NCBI GenBank assembly: GCA_043228905.1 | Contig: JBHGNT010000018.1 | Location: forward strand, 14,136,001 to 14,200,000 | Direction: 5' to 3' | Length of the DNA stretch: 64,000 nt | Origin: Azolla caroliniana | Taxonomy: Eukaryota; Plantae; Polypodiophyta | Part shown: in pieces, positions 23,046 through 37,480 of the stretch | Layout of the letters: each line of letters opens with the position of its first letter | Numbering within the stretch: the first letter of the stretch is position 1 | Notes under the pieces: model-generated | What the model saw: only the letters and a program-made list of their open reading frames with translations | The model's database searches: none | What the model was told of the DNA's origin: nothing | Made by a program: the position numbers and the translations under genes

Positions 23046-24281
23046 GAGATTTACTACTCATAAACCTGTTAAACCATGGAAGCTTAAACCAAAAGTTTTG
23101 GTTAAAAGGTTAGTTATATAACCAAAAACCACTTTAAATAGAGAAAAGGGACAAATATAAACCCTCAAATATTGTAACTTATTATATATAAAATAGCCCA
23201 TAGGTCTAAAGTTCTTTAACTATAACTTTCTAAAGTTAATTAATATTTAATGAATATGACAAAAAAGTATTAAGCCAAACCTGTTAATCCATATTTAAGC
23301 CGTGGTTTAAAATAGGTTAAATCGTAAATCATTAATGCAATAAGCCAATCCAAACCCAACCCTTAAATCCCAAACCCAAACCGAACCATTTACAAATTTC
23401 CAAACTAGATCTAAACCGTTTAAACTGTGAAGCTACGGTTTGTGCAATTTGGTTTGGCTCAGACTAGACTACCAATGATTGCTAATTGTAAATGGGACAT
23501 TCATACAACATCTTCCCCAAAAAGAAGGAAATCTTTTGGAAAGAATAAAAAAACATCTTCCCCAAAAACTGAAAACCTCGTCATCCTAGAGTCTAGACAA
23601 TGATATAGCAAACTATTCTCCATATCACCTTCGAGCATATGTACATAACAATGATCGTCAGCACGAATAATACAAAAAGCATGTTAACTCGCACCCATTT
23701 CTCACAACCAACAACGATCTCACATTATCAACATCAAATCAACGCACGAACGTTCAAATTCGGAGGATGGCTAAGTCACGATGGTGTGATACCTTGCACA
23801 TGCTTGTGACAAAGCCAATGATAATTGTTCCGGCGGTGACTGATTCAAAGCCATGTATATTGTAATGACCCAACGAAACTGTGTTCCCGCCTGGTGAGGG
23901 GAAAGAAACATGGAGATATCGGAGGAGTACATACATACTTCATTCCATTATTATTATTATTATTATTATTATTTGCCGGGATGCCCTTTGGTCGAGAGGG
24001 TAGGGGTATTTTTGGGGAATAAAGAAAAACGACAGACGGCAAAGGCTATACTCTGTACATACATACATTATACATACAATATGTACATTATACATACAAT
24101 ACGTACATTATACATACATATGTATGTCCTTTCTTTCTTCAATTCTCTCAGAGAAGGAGAGAGAGAGAGAGAGAGAGAGAGTTGAGAGGTTTTACTGTGC
24201 GCAGATTTATTCACAGTTAGCTACCTCTCTAGGGTTTCTGCGCGACGAATTGCAGGGGGCTGGGGAGAAGACGATTCTGCG

Positions 24282-24299
24282 ATGGTGCGATCAGACAGA

Positions 24300-24330
<31 letters not shown>

Positions 24331-27300
24331 CTGTCTTTCTTTTGTCCTTTCCCTTTTGTCCTTTCTTTCTAATCGACTGTTCTTCTGTGTCTGCTTTTCT
24401 CCTTGCTCTGTCTCATCTCCAGGCTGGTCGGAAGGAGACAGTGCTAGACTTGGCCAAGTTCGTGGACAAAGGCGTCTCTGTTAAGCTCACCGGTGGTCGT
24501 CAAGGTGTGGTTCCCTTTTCCCGCTCTCTATATCTTTGACGAATATTTTTTTAGTTTTAAGTCAGCAGAAGAAAGATATGGAAAGCAAACGCTGGAGGAT
24601 GAAGTTAGTAAATAGAGAAAATTGAACATAAAGAAAAGGAAGAACTTTCTATGACTCCATTAACTGCCTTCATATCTGCCCGAAGGAATTCTTGAAGTGC
24701 GTTTTTTCGGTTTGTATGATCGTGCACAGAGATAATTGAATTACAAGTAAAAAAGCTTCTTGTATGCAAGTAATCATGGTTTACGAAAGGGGGAAAACTC
24801 TACCCTCTCTCCTTATGTATTTATTCTGATATTCAAGGATTTCTCGCTGTGTACAGAGTTCTGCATTTTCACATATATCAAAGAATGAAAACGAACTATT
24901 TTGCTAAATTTGATTTCAGTTCAAAATTTGTCCTTTCTTGGGAAGGATGAAGTTTGATACTCTTAGGAAATTTTAGAGAAGGGTCAATGTTTGTGATCAG
25001 TAGAAAAGGCATCGTTTATCTTCGAAAGAAGGATTCTCAAGATTGCATAGTTTCAAATGATTAGACATTGTAGGATGCAATATTTTGCTATAACTAGAAA
25101 ATGCATCGTTTTAACAAATGGGGTTTTCATAAAAGGTAGGGTAATTTTGCGATTCTTTTAAGTACCAAGTTTCCATTCAGTAGCCTGTAAAGAAGCATTC
25201 TCTATATTTAAGAAAGTTTTTGTGAATATAACTTTTTTGTTGGCCCTGTGAATGGATGCAATCAAATAATACCATTTCTGTTTACCAAAGAACACATCAA
25301 AGAGTAAAACAATATTGATCTCACACTGTAAGGTGCTGCTGCTGGAATTTGGATATGGAAGTTTAAAATTTTTTCCTGAATGCTGCCTCCTTTCTCCTTA
25401 GCACATCCTTCATTGGTCTGTCTCTTGACTTAACTGGGGTTGTTTAGAGACAAAATATCTAGCTGAGAATCTAATATTTGTTTTGGTTCATTGGATTTGA
25501 GAGATACGACAAAAACTCTTCTCTCTTGGGAAATCTAATATTCACTCTGATTCACAAAACTGGAAGAAGCTGCTTACTGATCTGTTTCACCCAACTTATT
25601 GTTTGATATACTACCATGAAGCACTTGGTGAACATTAGAAGTCTCTAGCAAATTTAACTGAAAGCGTCGTTGCCAACTTTCTTGAGGATTGTGAAAGGGC
25701 CACAATACCTTGGAGAAAGTTTAGGAGTTGGGCTTGTGATGAGAGGAGGAATTCTCAGAACATATGACAAAACCCCCCATGTGAAGCATACCAACTGTCT
25801 TAACACAGTTGCCCGAGCTTCCTTTAACATATACGCCATGTTCTCTAGAAACTCGCATTTTGGAGTTGAGAAAGTTTAGGAGTTGGGCTTGTGATGAGAG
25901 GAGGAATTCTCAGAACATATGACAAAACCCCCCATGTGAAGCATACCAACTGTCTTAACACAGTTGCCCGAGCTTCCTTTAACATATACGCCATGTTCTC
26001 TAGAAACTCGCATTTTGGAGTTTCTCATTTCTCAAATACAATGCAATTAGAGTTCTAGTTTGGAATCCATACATCAAAATGAATGGAGTATAGCCTGTTG
26101 CATTGTGTTTAGAAATATTATAGGCAAACCCTAGAATGGGCAAGTATCTATTTCAATTCCTATACTTCTTATTCACATATTCTCTAAGCATATCTCCATA
26201 GATTTGGTTAAAATTCTTGGGCTACTATCCTCTGTCTAAGGATATCAAGAATGCTTAGTCTTATACTGGTTTTGAGCTCAAAATATGTCTGTCCTAGTGG
26301 CACTTGTGGATTTTGTATCGGGATCACTGACTATATCGATGGTAACCATCCAAATAGTTGATATAAAGCTTATACAACCAATGCAGGTAACATTGGAATG
26401 ATAATGACTCATCTTTGTAACTGATTTGACTACCACCCATTGTTGTAGAATACTTAGCATAAAATATGTGCAGAATATGTATGCTAAGTATTCTAACTTT
26501 TTAAAAAAAAATACTTAGAATACGTATTTTATAGATAAAATATGTTAAATACTTAGAATACGTGTAGAATACTCTTAAAATTTAAAGATCTTTTTTCAAA
26601 AAAAATTACAAAAATTAAAAAAATGGTAAACTTCTTTGAAATAATAAATACTTGTTAAATACATAGAATACGTCAAATTTTAAAAAACGAGTTCTAAAAC
26701 GTAGAATACTTCAGAGTATACTAAAACGTATTTTAAATATAGAATACACGTTTTGTAACAACTATGCTACTACCAATACCAAATCATAATATTTTGTGTG
26801 CTAGGTAGGATAATGATAAAATCCATTAAAATTCTTCCGTACGTTCCTTTTGAATATTGCAAAAGGTTAAGAAGACCCCTGGTTTCCACATTTGCTACAT
26901 TTTTTGACATGGTGCTTAATACACTTCAGTTCATAATCTTGGATATTCTTTGTTATTGTGGACCACTAAAAGTTCTCTCAAACTAGCACATGAGTCTTTT
27001 AAATGCCAGCATGTAGACACATGGATGATAATGCATTGTGCTTTGAAGTATTGTAGGCAAACCCTAGAATGGGAAAGTATCTTTTTATATAGTATCATTT
27101 AATCCCATCACCCATTTTCATCTATACTTGTACACAGACATACTCCCCTCAAGGTAGCTTTGCCTACAACCTTTGTGACTGACTTAGAGGTCTAAATTAA
27201 TGGTGTTAACTAGTGGTGTGCATTCTTTAGACTAGTAATACTTAATTAGGATGGTTGCCTTCTGGGATATTTTGGAATAATGGTGTCCATTTCCTTGATG

Positions 27301-28097
27301 TGAATATTTGTTAAAGATTAGTCTATTATGAATTGCCCAGATTTAATGATATTGAATTTTTATTTGACCCACTGCATGCATTGTTTGTTTTTTCAACTTC
27401 TTAACAAACTCAATCTTGTTCTGGATGACCTTGGTTTTAGAATGACAATTTCCATGCATTTTTATCTAGTTACTGGGACACTTAAAGGATATGATCAACT
27501 CCTTAATCTGGTTTTGGACGAGGCTGTGGAATTCTTGAGAGGTGTGTCTCTCCTTTCCCCCCTCCTCTCTCTTTTGTGCCTGTGCACATACACAACACAC
27601 ACACACAACTTTAGCCACTCCATTTTGTAATATTTTATGGTAAACAATTTCTTAGGAATTCTAGGATCAACAGCAAGCCAATTCTAGCTAAGCATTGGGC
27701 ATAACCAATGTCTGAGAACTAGGTTTAACTTTGGAAGGCAAAGTTAAACCAATTCTGACTTGGCATTGGTCCTGTCTGAGCTGGTACTGTGGATATGGAA
27801 AATAATATAATCATGATTGCACCTGTATAATAATTCCATTTCTCTTAAGTAGCCTTAATTGGATGATTGCAGATCAAGATGATCCATTGAAGATCACAGA
27901 TCAGACCAGGCCTTTAGGTCTCATAGTAAGTGGCTGTTTTTTCGTATTTATGTGGCCATTCTGAGGTCTTATTTGGTAATTGAATTTGGTGTTTTCATGT
28001 TGTAAAGGTATGCAGAGGAACTGCAGTTATGCTTGTTGCTCCTACAGATGGAACAGACGAGATTTCCAATCCTTTCTTGCAAGCAGATGCCACTTAA
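24282..28097 (+). CDS. LSM7: Sm-like protein LSM7, 99 aa
   Basis: Exons 24282-24284 (ATG only), 24423-24504, 27470-27541, 27873-27925, 28008-28097, all GT-AG. Protein: MAGRKETVLDLAKFVDKGVSVKLTGGRQVTGTLKGYDQLLNLVLDEAVEFLRDQDDPLKITDQTRPLGLIVCRGTAVMLVAPTDGTDEISNPFLQADAT, with Sm1/Sm2 motifs. Confidence 0.97.
25610..25730 (-). mobile_element. Ty3/Gypsy integrase C-terminal fragment in LSM7 intron 2
   Basis: Translation PKLSPRYCGPFTILKKVGNDAF is a GPY/F motif. Confidence 0.7.
25713..26022. repeat. 155-bp tandem duplication
   Basis: 25713-25867 and 25868-26022 appear identical by eye. Confidence 0.93.
26438..26766. mobile_element. hAT-type MITE in LSM7 intron 2
   Basis: Imperfect TIRs CATTGTTGT / (rc) CATAGTTGT. 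Near-matching 8-bp TSD CTACCACC / CTACTACC. AT-rich with repeated AGAATAC motifs. Confidence 0.7.
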
Positions 28098-30924
28098 AAT
28101 GGATTATTTTATCAATTGTCTGGTGTCGTTAGCATTCAATGTCTTGGGTTGATATACCTTGTTGCCTCTGGATGGCAGGGTTTGCCATTCTGTATTTACC
28201 TGCACATTTCTTACATGCAACTGTGTGCAATTCTGGTAAAGCATGTAAGAGGCTCTTTGGACATTCTTTTTTGGCCCAGAAGCATAAGCATGGTTTGCAA
28301 ATGATTTCTTTGGTGAGCTGGAACTGTCCATACATAGAACAACATAATTTGATGGCTTACAGTATGCGGATGCAGTAATTAAAGCATTTTGGGTCACTTC
28401 CATATTCCTGAGCAAATTATGTATGTATTAATACTATATATTCTGTGGCAGGACTATTCTCTTCTCAAGTTCTATTTTTTCATGTTGGTTGAGTGATATG
28501 ATAGTCATGCATGATATGGCATGATTTGTTGAGAGTACATCTCATTCTGGGGAACAATTTGTCTATTGAGTTCAACTGTACTTGCCTTTACATGGGACAC
28601 ATCTATCGGGAACATTCTAAGTGAATAATCAAGGAGTCTTTTCCTCTTTTGTAAAGGTAGTTATGTTCTTGTTCTATATTCAACGCTAGTTACTGATTGC
28701 CGTGTGTACTCGCAAGTTCATAGGCCATCCAACATCCATCCGGTTTCATATCCTCAAATCTGCTCATCAATGTGTATTTTTACATGAAACTTTGTACGCC
28801 TGAGCTGCAAATTCTTGGACCAGTACTTGATGAATAGGAATTTCTCAATGGGAAAAATGTAAGGATTACAGAAGTAAGTTGGTATCCAAGTTCTGTGTTG
28901 GTAAAATGAATCAGCACACATTAAACTTTGTAGCCTAGGTTTGCCAACTTTGGATTCAATGAATCAGAACTAAAATGAAGGGGAATTATTCCATGAGAAG
29001 ATGTAGGAACAACAGATGCAGGTTGATATTGCTGCAAACCTTCTTATCTAGGTTTATGAGACATAAGGTGCTGATTTTCTAAGTCAATGGTAGTGGGGAA
29101 ATTATTTGATGGGGAGATGTTGGGATGATAGGAGTTGTTATTTGGTGTAGTATTCAAGTTTTGTAAAGCTGTATTCCAAAAATAAACATGGGTTACTATT
29201 GAATGTGTTTGTGATGGTTGCCTATGTATAAGGCATTGGAAGTATTGATGTAGGGGTAGGAGGTTGATTAATGTGGGATTCAAGTTTTTGCCAAGAGAAA
29301 ATGCGTGGTTATTTTGGCAATAGGGAGAATCTTAGGAGGATTTGCTTGATGTAACTTAAATTGATCAAATTACATTCCTTGTTACATAAATTGGTAATGC
29401 AAATAATTTTACATATATTATGTTTAATGTATGTCTACGTGAGTTTTTCCTAGTGGACTTTATTCTACTCTTAGGAAAAATATGCTTATAAACTCAAACT
29501 TGGGTGATCTATTATCCATGATCAAGTTTGGGTGATGTTAAGTAGAGGTTTGAATGGATTGATGTAAAAAATTTGGTGGATTAGTTATGGTTAGGGATAA
29601 AATGACACTCATATCTTTTCTAGGTAACATGGAATGCTTTGAGATGCAAAAGTTCATTTGACCATCATGTCTTGATGTAGCAAGTTGCATATAAGGTAGA
29701 TATATATCATTATGCTACTACCCTATCAATAGTTACAACAAATAATAATATGGAGGTATACGGTTTATCCCATAACATTGAATCCTCCAATGAAAGTGTA
29801 CACTTATACGTAACTATGAAATCGGCAAACCTCTTAGTAAATGTGACATTCATAAAATTGGGCAAATGTGCATGAATTGGGCCCAAACATTAGGACTAAG
29901 TCACATTCGCAAACTAGTTGTTGAAGGCACCAATCAATCTTATGGCGTGTTCAGAAACTTTGAGTATCGTAGGTTCTAACAAAGGCATAACTTAGTTCTT
30001 GTTACCCATTCACAGTGAAATACGAGTGGAGTCTTCCCGACCAAATACCATATGGTGCAAGGCTTTTGTCATGGCCCACCCAAATACCTTTTGGAGAGTA
30101 TTGAATTGGCGGTTTAGACAAGGACGGACCCATGGTGGAACATCACAAATCATCATCAAGGGCACCTAAACGAGACTATTATTGCCTACAATTCTATCCC
30201 TAGTGGCCATATAGTCAAGGCTCTCAAGCAAGGAAAGGGTTGCACACATCCTACCAACATGAAGAGTCACAATATGATTATGATGAAGAACAACATGATG
30301 AAGTGTTCTCTCATTGCGCAAGAGGTGGATGAACAATAAGTGAATTCAATGACCTAGGGATTAGATGAACAATAATGAAAGGCATGCATTGTTTGACCAA
30401 TCTTCACGCTTATCTTGAATCAAAATCACTCACTTTGCTACGAGGATGATCACTCGCCCATCTTGGAGGACTGGATGTATGTAAGTACTTTTCCATACAA
30501 GGTATGAAATACCTCTCAAACATTCAATATTTTCCAATAGTGACATCCTACTCTACTTGAGGATTTACTGTGTCCCTTGAAAGTAGGTAGTTGGTCCACA
30601 ACCGAAGCAAAGTCAAAACTGGGAAATTTATCGACCGAAAGTATTGCCCTCAGTTTTCTACTACAAGTGTACCCTTGTTTACCAAGTTTGTAACTCCTAA
30701 GTCCATTGTATTCTAGGTTTTGTGGGCACTCTTTTTTAACTTCAAGGAGTACATGATGGTTAGGCCAAACCACTATTGAACCATTTATTATTTTTGGGAA
30801 ATTCATGTGATTACATATACATATCAAAGGATATGCCAAAGCATATAGATGATCTTTTCCTTAAATGCTTTTAGTTTATAAAGGACAAGAATCATCTAGG
30901 CCCCCTACGTTCTTTGAATGCATT

Positions 30925-32187
30925 TTTTTGTTTTTTGGTTTTCATCTCCTTTTTTTCCCCAAAAAGACTCCTTCCATTAGTTATAAAATTTTACAGGTGA
31001 GAATGTTATATACAAATCCCAATAGGGATGCGATAGTTCCATCTTATGTGGAGGCCCACTAACTCAAGAAAGGAAGAGGACGACCATTATTGGATGAAGG
31101 CTAACCGTCTTATGTGGAGGCTCACTAACTCAAGAAAGGAAGAGGACAACCATTTTGGATGAAGGCTAACCGTTTTATGTGGAGGCCCACTAACTCAAGA
31201 AAGGAAGAGGATGACCATTATTGGATGAAGGCTAACCATTGTCTTTCGACTCCATTGGATCCACCCGTGAGGCCATCGTATTTGCTCCTTAGAGTGGCTA
31301 CAACTTCACTCCATATCTCCTACAATAAGATTGTGTGATGCAAGGTTTGATTGGAAAAGACATGTCTACACCATTGTTTCCAGAGAATCCAAAGAGTTAT
31401 TGGGCTGACCAAATCCAACACAATGTGAGCTTTGGCATTAATAAGAGTTGAGTGGATATTGTCGATGGTGGAAAACGATATCTCTTGTGCCTTTATCACC
31501 AACATCATCCCCTCCTCTTGATGTTCGTACTTGTCAACTAGGGCCTACCATGATAACCAACATACATTCACCCACTTGATTGTGCCTTGCACTTGGCATA
31601 ATTGCAATAGGTTGCCAACCCCTCACCATATTTGATGGGTCTTTGGCTAGTCCCATAAAGTGTGTCCGTTTGACTTTGTTACATTTGGGCACGCTACACA
31701 ATTAAGAGAGTTAAGGATCTGACACTGCCACACTCCAACCAGTAGTGACCTATGTATTAATAGACATTGGAATGTGGTAATTCGCCTAGTGTAGTGTTGT
31801 TTCCATATTTTCTGCCAAAACATGGTCATAATTGTATGGGGAACATGATATGTGTGCCATGTCTTTGTAGCTATCGACTCTCAGACGGTTTGAGTGGCTA
31901 GAAGTGACAACCCAATCTAGTTGCGAATTGGAAGAAAGGGATGGGATTGCTTCCTTGACCTACATAAGGATCATGCCACGTCCATTGCAAGGGTCCTGGC
32001 CGACCTTACATAACTATGTGTTTTCATGACTACATATTTGCCATTGTGGTTGTACTTTAATCAGAATAGGATCTACAATCCATTTACAACCTGTATAAGC
32101 GAGTCCTTGAATTGCCATGTTCGATGTTGGTACCTCATGTCTCGCAGTTCATGGACTTAGATCCTGTCCGGTGTTTCCCTACCTCTC
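30925..32187 (-). mobile_element. 5'-truncated LINE of the same family as 8023-21572
   Basis: Reverse complement matches ~20450-21550 (FWQKIWKQHYTRRITTFQCLLIHRSLLVG, LVSPITLWILWKQWCRHVFSNQ). T-rich tail at ~30925-30960. Confidence 0.88.
31044..31238. repeat. Three tandem copies of a 65-66 bp unit inside the LINE 3' end
   Basis: Unit TTATGTGGAGGCCCACTAACTCAAGAAAGGAAGAGG...GAAGGCTAACC starts at 31044, 31110 and 31175. The other LINE copy has one unit. Confidence 0.9.
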
Positions 32188-33576
32188 ACAGTTCAAGATG
32201 TGCAAGATATGTCAATGTGCACGTTATAAAGCCATATTTTGAAGAGATTTTTCTGTACCGATGATCTAACTAAAATAACAAATAGTTTTTACCATGAAGC
32301 CAACGTAAAACCCATTTCCTGTATGCTTCAAAGTTGTTGAATCATGGACTAATAGATAAGGTGGAGGTTTGAAGAGAGATCAATCACTAATAAGTCATAA
32401 CATGAAGCAAATTTAGAGAAGCAATTCTCCTATTTATATGAGTTTTGAGAGGAAGTGAAAATTCCCTTCACTCAATCATCTATTTTTTGTCAAGTTAATT
32501 CTTGAAAGTTTTGTCCCTATTTTTTCCATCCACATAGCAACATATAGACATACCAATAGACATGAGACTTAACGTGATAGAAGGATTCAAATTTTTTGTG
32601 TATTCAAGCTTGAAGTCAAATTTATTTGTCAAATCCATAGGTTTTCTGAATTACACCATCTCTTTTTAGTTTGAACTCAAAAACACTTCACCATTGTAAC
32701 TAAACCGGAATACCACTGGTAATACGCAACAATGTTATCTTATGAAACAAATGGCTTCACAATAGAATATTGTGAATAATTAGCTTGTTATGAATAATGC
32801 TTGAGGTTATGTATACATGCCAATTCACAAGTTACTATTCATCCATGTTTAGTTCATGCATCGCCATCACATACAGAACAAGTCAAAATTTTACTTTTAA
32901 TTCATCAAAAACATACATTTCACTATGACTAATGCCAACAGGTCTCTAAGCATATGAAGGAAAATTCATGACCCAAACATCGACTAGGGTGTCAATGCCA
33001 TTGAAAGGAATATTAATAGTCCTAAACAATATTAATCACCCTTGTGGGCTTCAGCTCATTCCAGTCACTGGTGCATGAAAGAAAGGAAATTATGAGAATA
33101 CCATATCTTTTATAGGAGTTTTCATAAAAAGACTATTTCTATCAAACTTTTCTTCTTTATAATAAAATTTTCTGATCAGCATTTTAGTGACTTCCTAGCA
33201 CAAGATGTTAGACACCTTTATGTTTGCTAATATGGATGTCTACTACTTTTCCATCATGCATGGGTTCAAAATGGCAATAAAGTTAGAAGATCATAAATAA
33301 AGATGTCATAGCAAATGCATTATCTTCATGATTTGCATCTACCCCAAAATATAGCTAATGTGCAGCTATCGTGATTTATATGTATCTAGCCCAAAAGTAA
33401 TTACCATCAATTTAAGGTCCACCCTCAATAACACCAAGGTAAGCTTGCATGATTAGATTGGCATACCCACAACTATAATATAAATTTGACAATGTTTAAA
33501 ACAAATCCCATCTTTCTAGTCTTGTTCGATTTGTGTGTTCTCACCTAAATTATAGGTGGGTTTTGTTTAAGATTTT

Positions 33577-36249
33577 TCAAGCAGTTGTCTCAATAACAGC
33601 AGCTGATACATTAGCAGCCACATCCTCAATAGTCTTCTGCCATGAAAGCTCCCGTGCACCATCCTTGTCGACGATCTTGATTAAGAAATTTGGTGGTGAT
33701 GCTACCAATCTTGTCCTTATCTCCTTTATACACATATCAACCAGCTTTAAAGACTCCTCCAGCGACATGCCTTTACGGTAGTACTTATCCATTGTTGATA
33801 GAATAAAGTTGGAGCCTGTAAATAGAATCTCTCCTTTTTATTTTTTTGTAAATGGAATCGTATTAATTACAAAAAGAAGATAACTACAGATGACCTCAGG
33901 ATCTCAATAGAGAACCTTAAAGAAGCCATGTAACAAAAAGACCAGCACAAACAGCAAATATGATGCCTTACCAATTCACATATTTGGATCTCATCTAGTA
34001 ACAGTTCAGAGGTTTCCAACAGTGAACAGAAAAATTGCCTAATATGTCATTGCACCCCAACTTGCGCTTCAAATACAATGCACCCCAACTTCCTCAAGCT
34101 TTCAATATGTCCATTGAGAGCGACTCCCATTTGCTGCCTCCGAACCAATTGGATAACGGCAACCCTACCCAATTAAGATCCTACCCAAATGGGGTGTGTT
34201 ACAGTCACAGACAATAATGGACTCGATCAACAACCTTTCTTAACCAATTTCCAAAGTGGAATGGGTTGGATGATTCCTCCACTCAGAATGACATGAGAAC
34301 TTGACCTCTTGGGCCAAAGTATATTTCAAACTTGACATCTGCTCACTGAAATCCATATGAATCAATATTTCCCTCACAAACTTCTGGTTCCTATTATCAT
34401 AAGCCATTCTCTCTCTATCCCTCTTCCCATGTCCCTGGATTCCTCATCCTCCCATGGTTCTTCCCTTGACAGATTGTCCACCTCTCATTATGAATGATCC
34501 AGCAAATGCATTTCAGACCCCTAAGTTTCATAGCAACCTTAGGACCTAGTGTGTCTCCTCCAAGGTCGTATTATTACACTACATGCAGTTGTAAAAACAA
34601 CCTCCTTCCTATCAATCATGTTACATGTCTCTAAAGGCCAATCAGAAGCAAAAAGGAAAACTGAATAGCTCCTCCAAACAAATATGATTACAAGGAAGTT
34701 TATTTAACCAACTGCCCCCATGAACCATACCATCATGCAATCTTGCCCACAAAAAAAAACACCGAGACGTTATATTTGAGCACATTAGTGAGTCCCCAAG
34801 TTAGAGCACCAGAAATGGGATAATGACAATGTCCTTAGCCACATAACCAGTTGAAAGCATATTTGAAGATCATCCATACGAAGAAAAGGATCACTCAAGA
34901 TTGGTATACTTGAGACCCTATGTATGACATTGAGGTTATTGAGGTAATATTGCTTATTTCTGTAAACTTCTTCTCTAGTAAATTTTGAGCAGCCATTAGT
35001 TTTCCCAAATATTTAATACCATTTCATTGAGGAACGCAACAAATTACTATCTTTCTCATAACCTAACCTAGACCTCAATTTTAACTGGAACTCCTTAAGC
35101 CCACAGAAGAAGGAAAAGTGAAAAAGGTAACACAAAAGTTCAAAGAGATGAGACAATGAGAAGATGAGAAAATGAGGCCAAATCATGTTGGACTTCAATG
35201 CAATCACTTCAAGGCATATTGATGGAGTACTTACAATATCCCATTGCTCCTTTATCTATCTTGTGAAGTGTGGCAATATAATCAATGTAGAATAAAGATG
35301 GTCCTACATCTTTGTCAAAGCCTGCCATTAGAGAGTTCACGTAATATGGACTCTGCACAAGTTAATTGCATGTATTCAGTGTTCCTTAAAAACATTAGTC
35401 ATTCACTAAAATCCATCTTAAATGAGAAAAAAAAGGACAGAGGGAGAGAAAACTGATGTAACAAAACAATGAACCAAGTTTAGAGGCATAAATACCTTTC
35501 GAAGTGCTTGTGCGAGTTCATTCCTTGTAAAGTTGGCAGCAGCAGCTGTAGAGAGGGGAATCCCATTTCGATATTCATAAAGATGAACATTCTTCTGTAT
35601 CAATTCCGTAAACTGGACTCTGAAATTTTTCACAAAGTCATATGAAGAAGAGCCATCATTAGGCCACTTGTGGAATGTAGATTTTCATACCATTTATGTC
35701 AGCTACTGTTTGTTGCATGCATATATGTACGTATCTATATATATATATATATATATATATGAAATTATGAAATTTAAAGAGTACTTATAAAAAATAGGAA
35801 AAATTCAGGGGTATTTCAGAATTTTCTTCACCCCTAATTTTGATAAATAAAACCTCAAATCTAAGCTTCATAAAAAATTTACTCTTCATAAATATCAGTT
35901 CAAGCAAGCTCAAAACTTTTTGTCCGAGAACTACCTCTTCTTGTTTTGAGAGGCAATGATACATTCTAAAGGCTTACACAGTAACACTAAACACAATCAC
36001 ACTCCATCAACTGTGTGTGTATGATCTATGATCTGATCGAGAGAGCAGAGAAAAATCCAAAAAAAAAGAAGGAAAACGAACAGAACAGAACCTGTCCCCT
36101 CCCTCTCCAGTGGCTCCAAGAAGCTTGTGGGAGTCTAGAGTCATGATCTTGTCTTCGTTCGTCTTCTGTACGATGATGCTCTGCAGGGAGGATGTGTCTT
36201 CGACGATGAGGGCGAAGGCATCGCCTACCAGACCGAACACACACTCCAT
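33577..36249 (-). CDS. PBD1: 20S proteasome subunit beta type-2 (beta-4, PBD), 212 aa
   Basis: Exons 36249-36092, 35619-35496, 35352-35235, 33815-33577; GT-AG and phase-consistent. Motifs [71 protein letters not shown]. Confidence 0.96.
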
Positions 36250-36899
36250 ATCTCTCTCTGTCTATGTCTCTGTCTCTGTCTTTCGGTTTTTTGCTCTGTT
36301 CTTTCTTTCTCTCCTGTGTCTCTGTTTCTCCCCCCCCCCCCCCCTGCACATACAACGAGCGAGACAGAGAGAGGAGTATACGTACATACATACACAAGTA
36401 GAGCGTATATATACGCATTGAATGAACCATACGTATCATACTTTCATTCGCATTCGCGAATGCTTCAATCAAAACGTATATAGTAAATCATCTCGAAGTT
36501 GGATTGGATTCACTATGGTCTATATTATATATTGATTTTCACTCTCAATCACAATAAGTGGACTCTAATCCATTGTGAACCACCAACATTAAGTATGGTT
36601 GCGATATTTGCATTGCATCACATGCGTACCTTTGGGATGCTTCTTAAGAATCAAGACATCTCTATCCTCCTCACTTTAGAACTTTACAAAAAAATGAGTA
36701 TGAACTATAGAGATTGAATCAAAATATGTCATTATAAATTATAATCAAACGTTCAAAAACTCATAAAAACTTATATTCAAGAATATGAAGAAAACATGAC
36801 ATAGGCAGTAGTAGCATAACACCTTACTTACCACTAAGGTGAGCTAATTTCAAATAACAAAGAAAGAAAGAATAATAATAAGAACAAAAAGGTCTCAGA

Positions 36900-37480
36900 T
36901 ACGTGGCCATTTACTTGGTTTGTAATATGGTTGCATCAAGTTTTAGATGCAAGATGGCTTCCATTTCGTGCGAAGATTTTCCTTTGGCATGCCACGATGG
37001 GTGGATGGGTTGACTTTGGCGATGTCTTTAAAACAAAGGCATGTTTTAGATGGTAGATGTTTTTCTATTTAGTGATTTATGAAGATGACAAACACAAGTT
37101 TAGTACATGCCTCCATGCTGAAGCCATTTCAATTGTCATATCACAACCTTGGGAATAATTAGTTGGGATTGCTTTGTCACATTTCCAATGGGTTTTCATT
37201 AAGGATGTTAGATTTCTACCCTCCCCATTGTATAAGGTTGGGTTTGACTATCGTTGATATTGGGGTACAGTGTATGATGTATGCTTTGAGCCTAAGAATT
37301 TTGTTATTATTTGATGGAAGTCATGGAATCGAGTACACAACAAATACATCAACTAAAAGGAAAGTTGATTTGCTTGTTTTTGTAGCTATTCTCCAAATGC
37401 ACCTCCCCCTTGTAGAAGTTGGGTTTATGCCCATTTAGTGTTATAACACCTTAGAAGTTTCACTTGCCATAAGAACCTCA
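36900..37480 (+). mobile_element. Old L1 LINE 3' remnant
   Basis: WLPFRAKIFLWHATMG is zf-RVT-like; heavily decayed. Confidence 0.5.

Noticed and set aside
29044-30840. Possible decayed LINE or DNA-transposon coding remnants
   Set aside because: Only faint motif similarity; no termini or TSD found.
33834-34750. Possible LINE remnant in PBD intron 3
   Set aside because: T-rich edge is suggestive, but no diagnostic translation was found.
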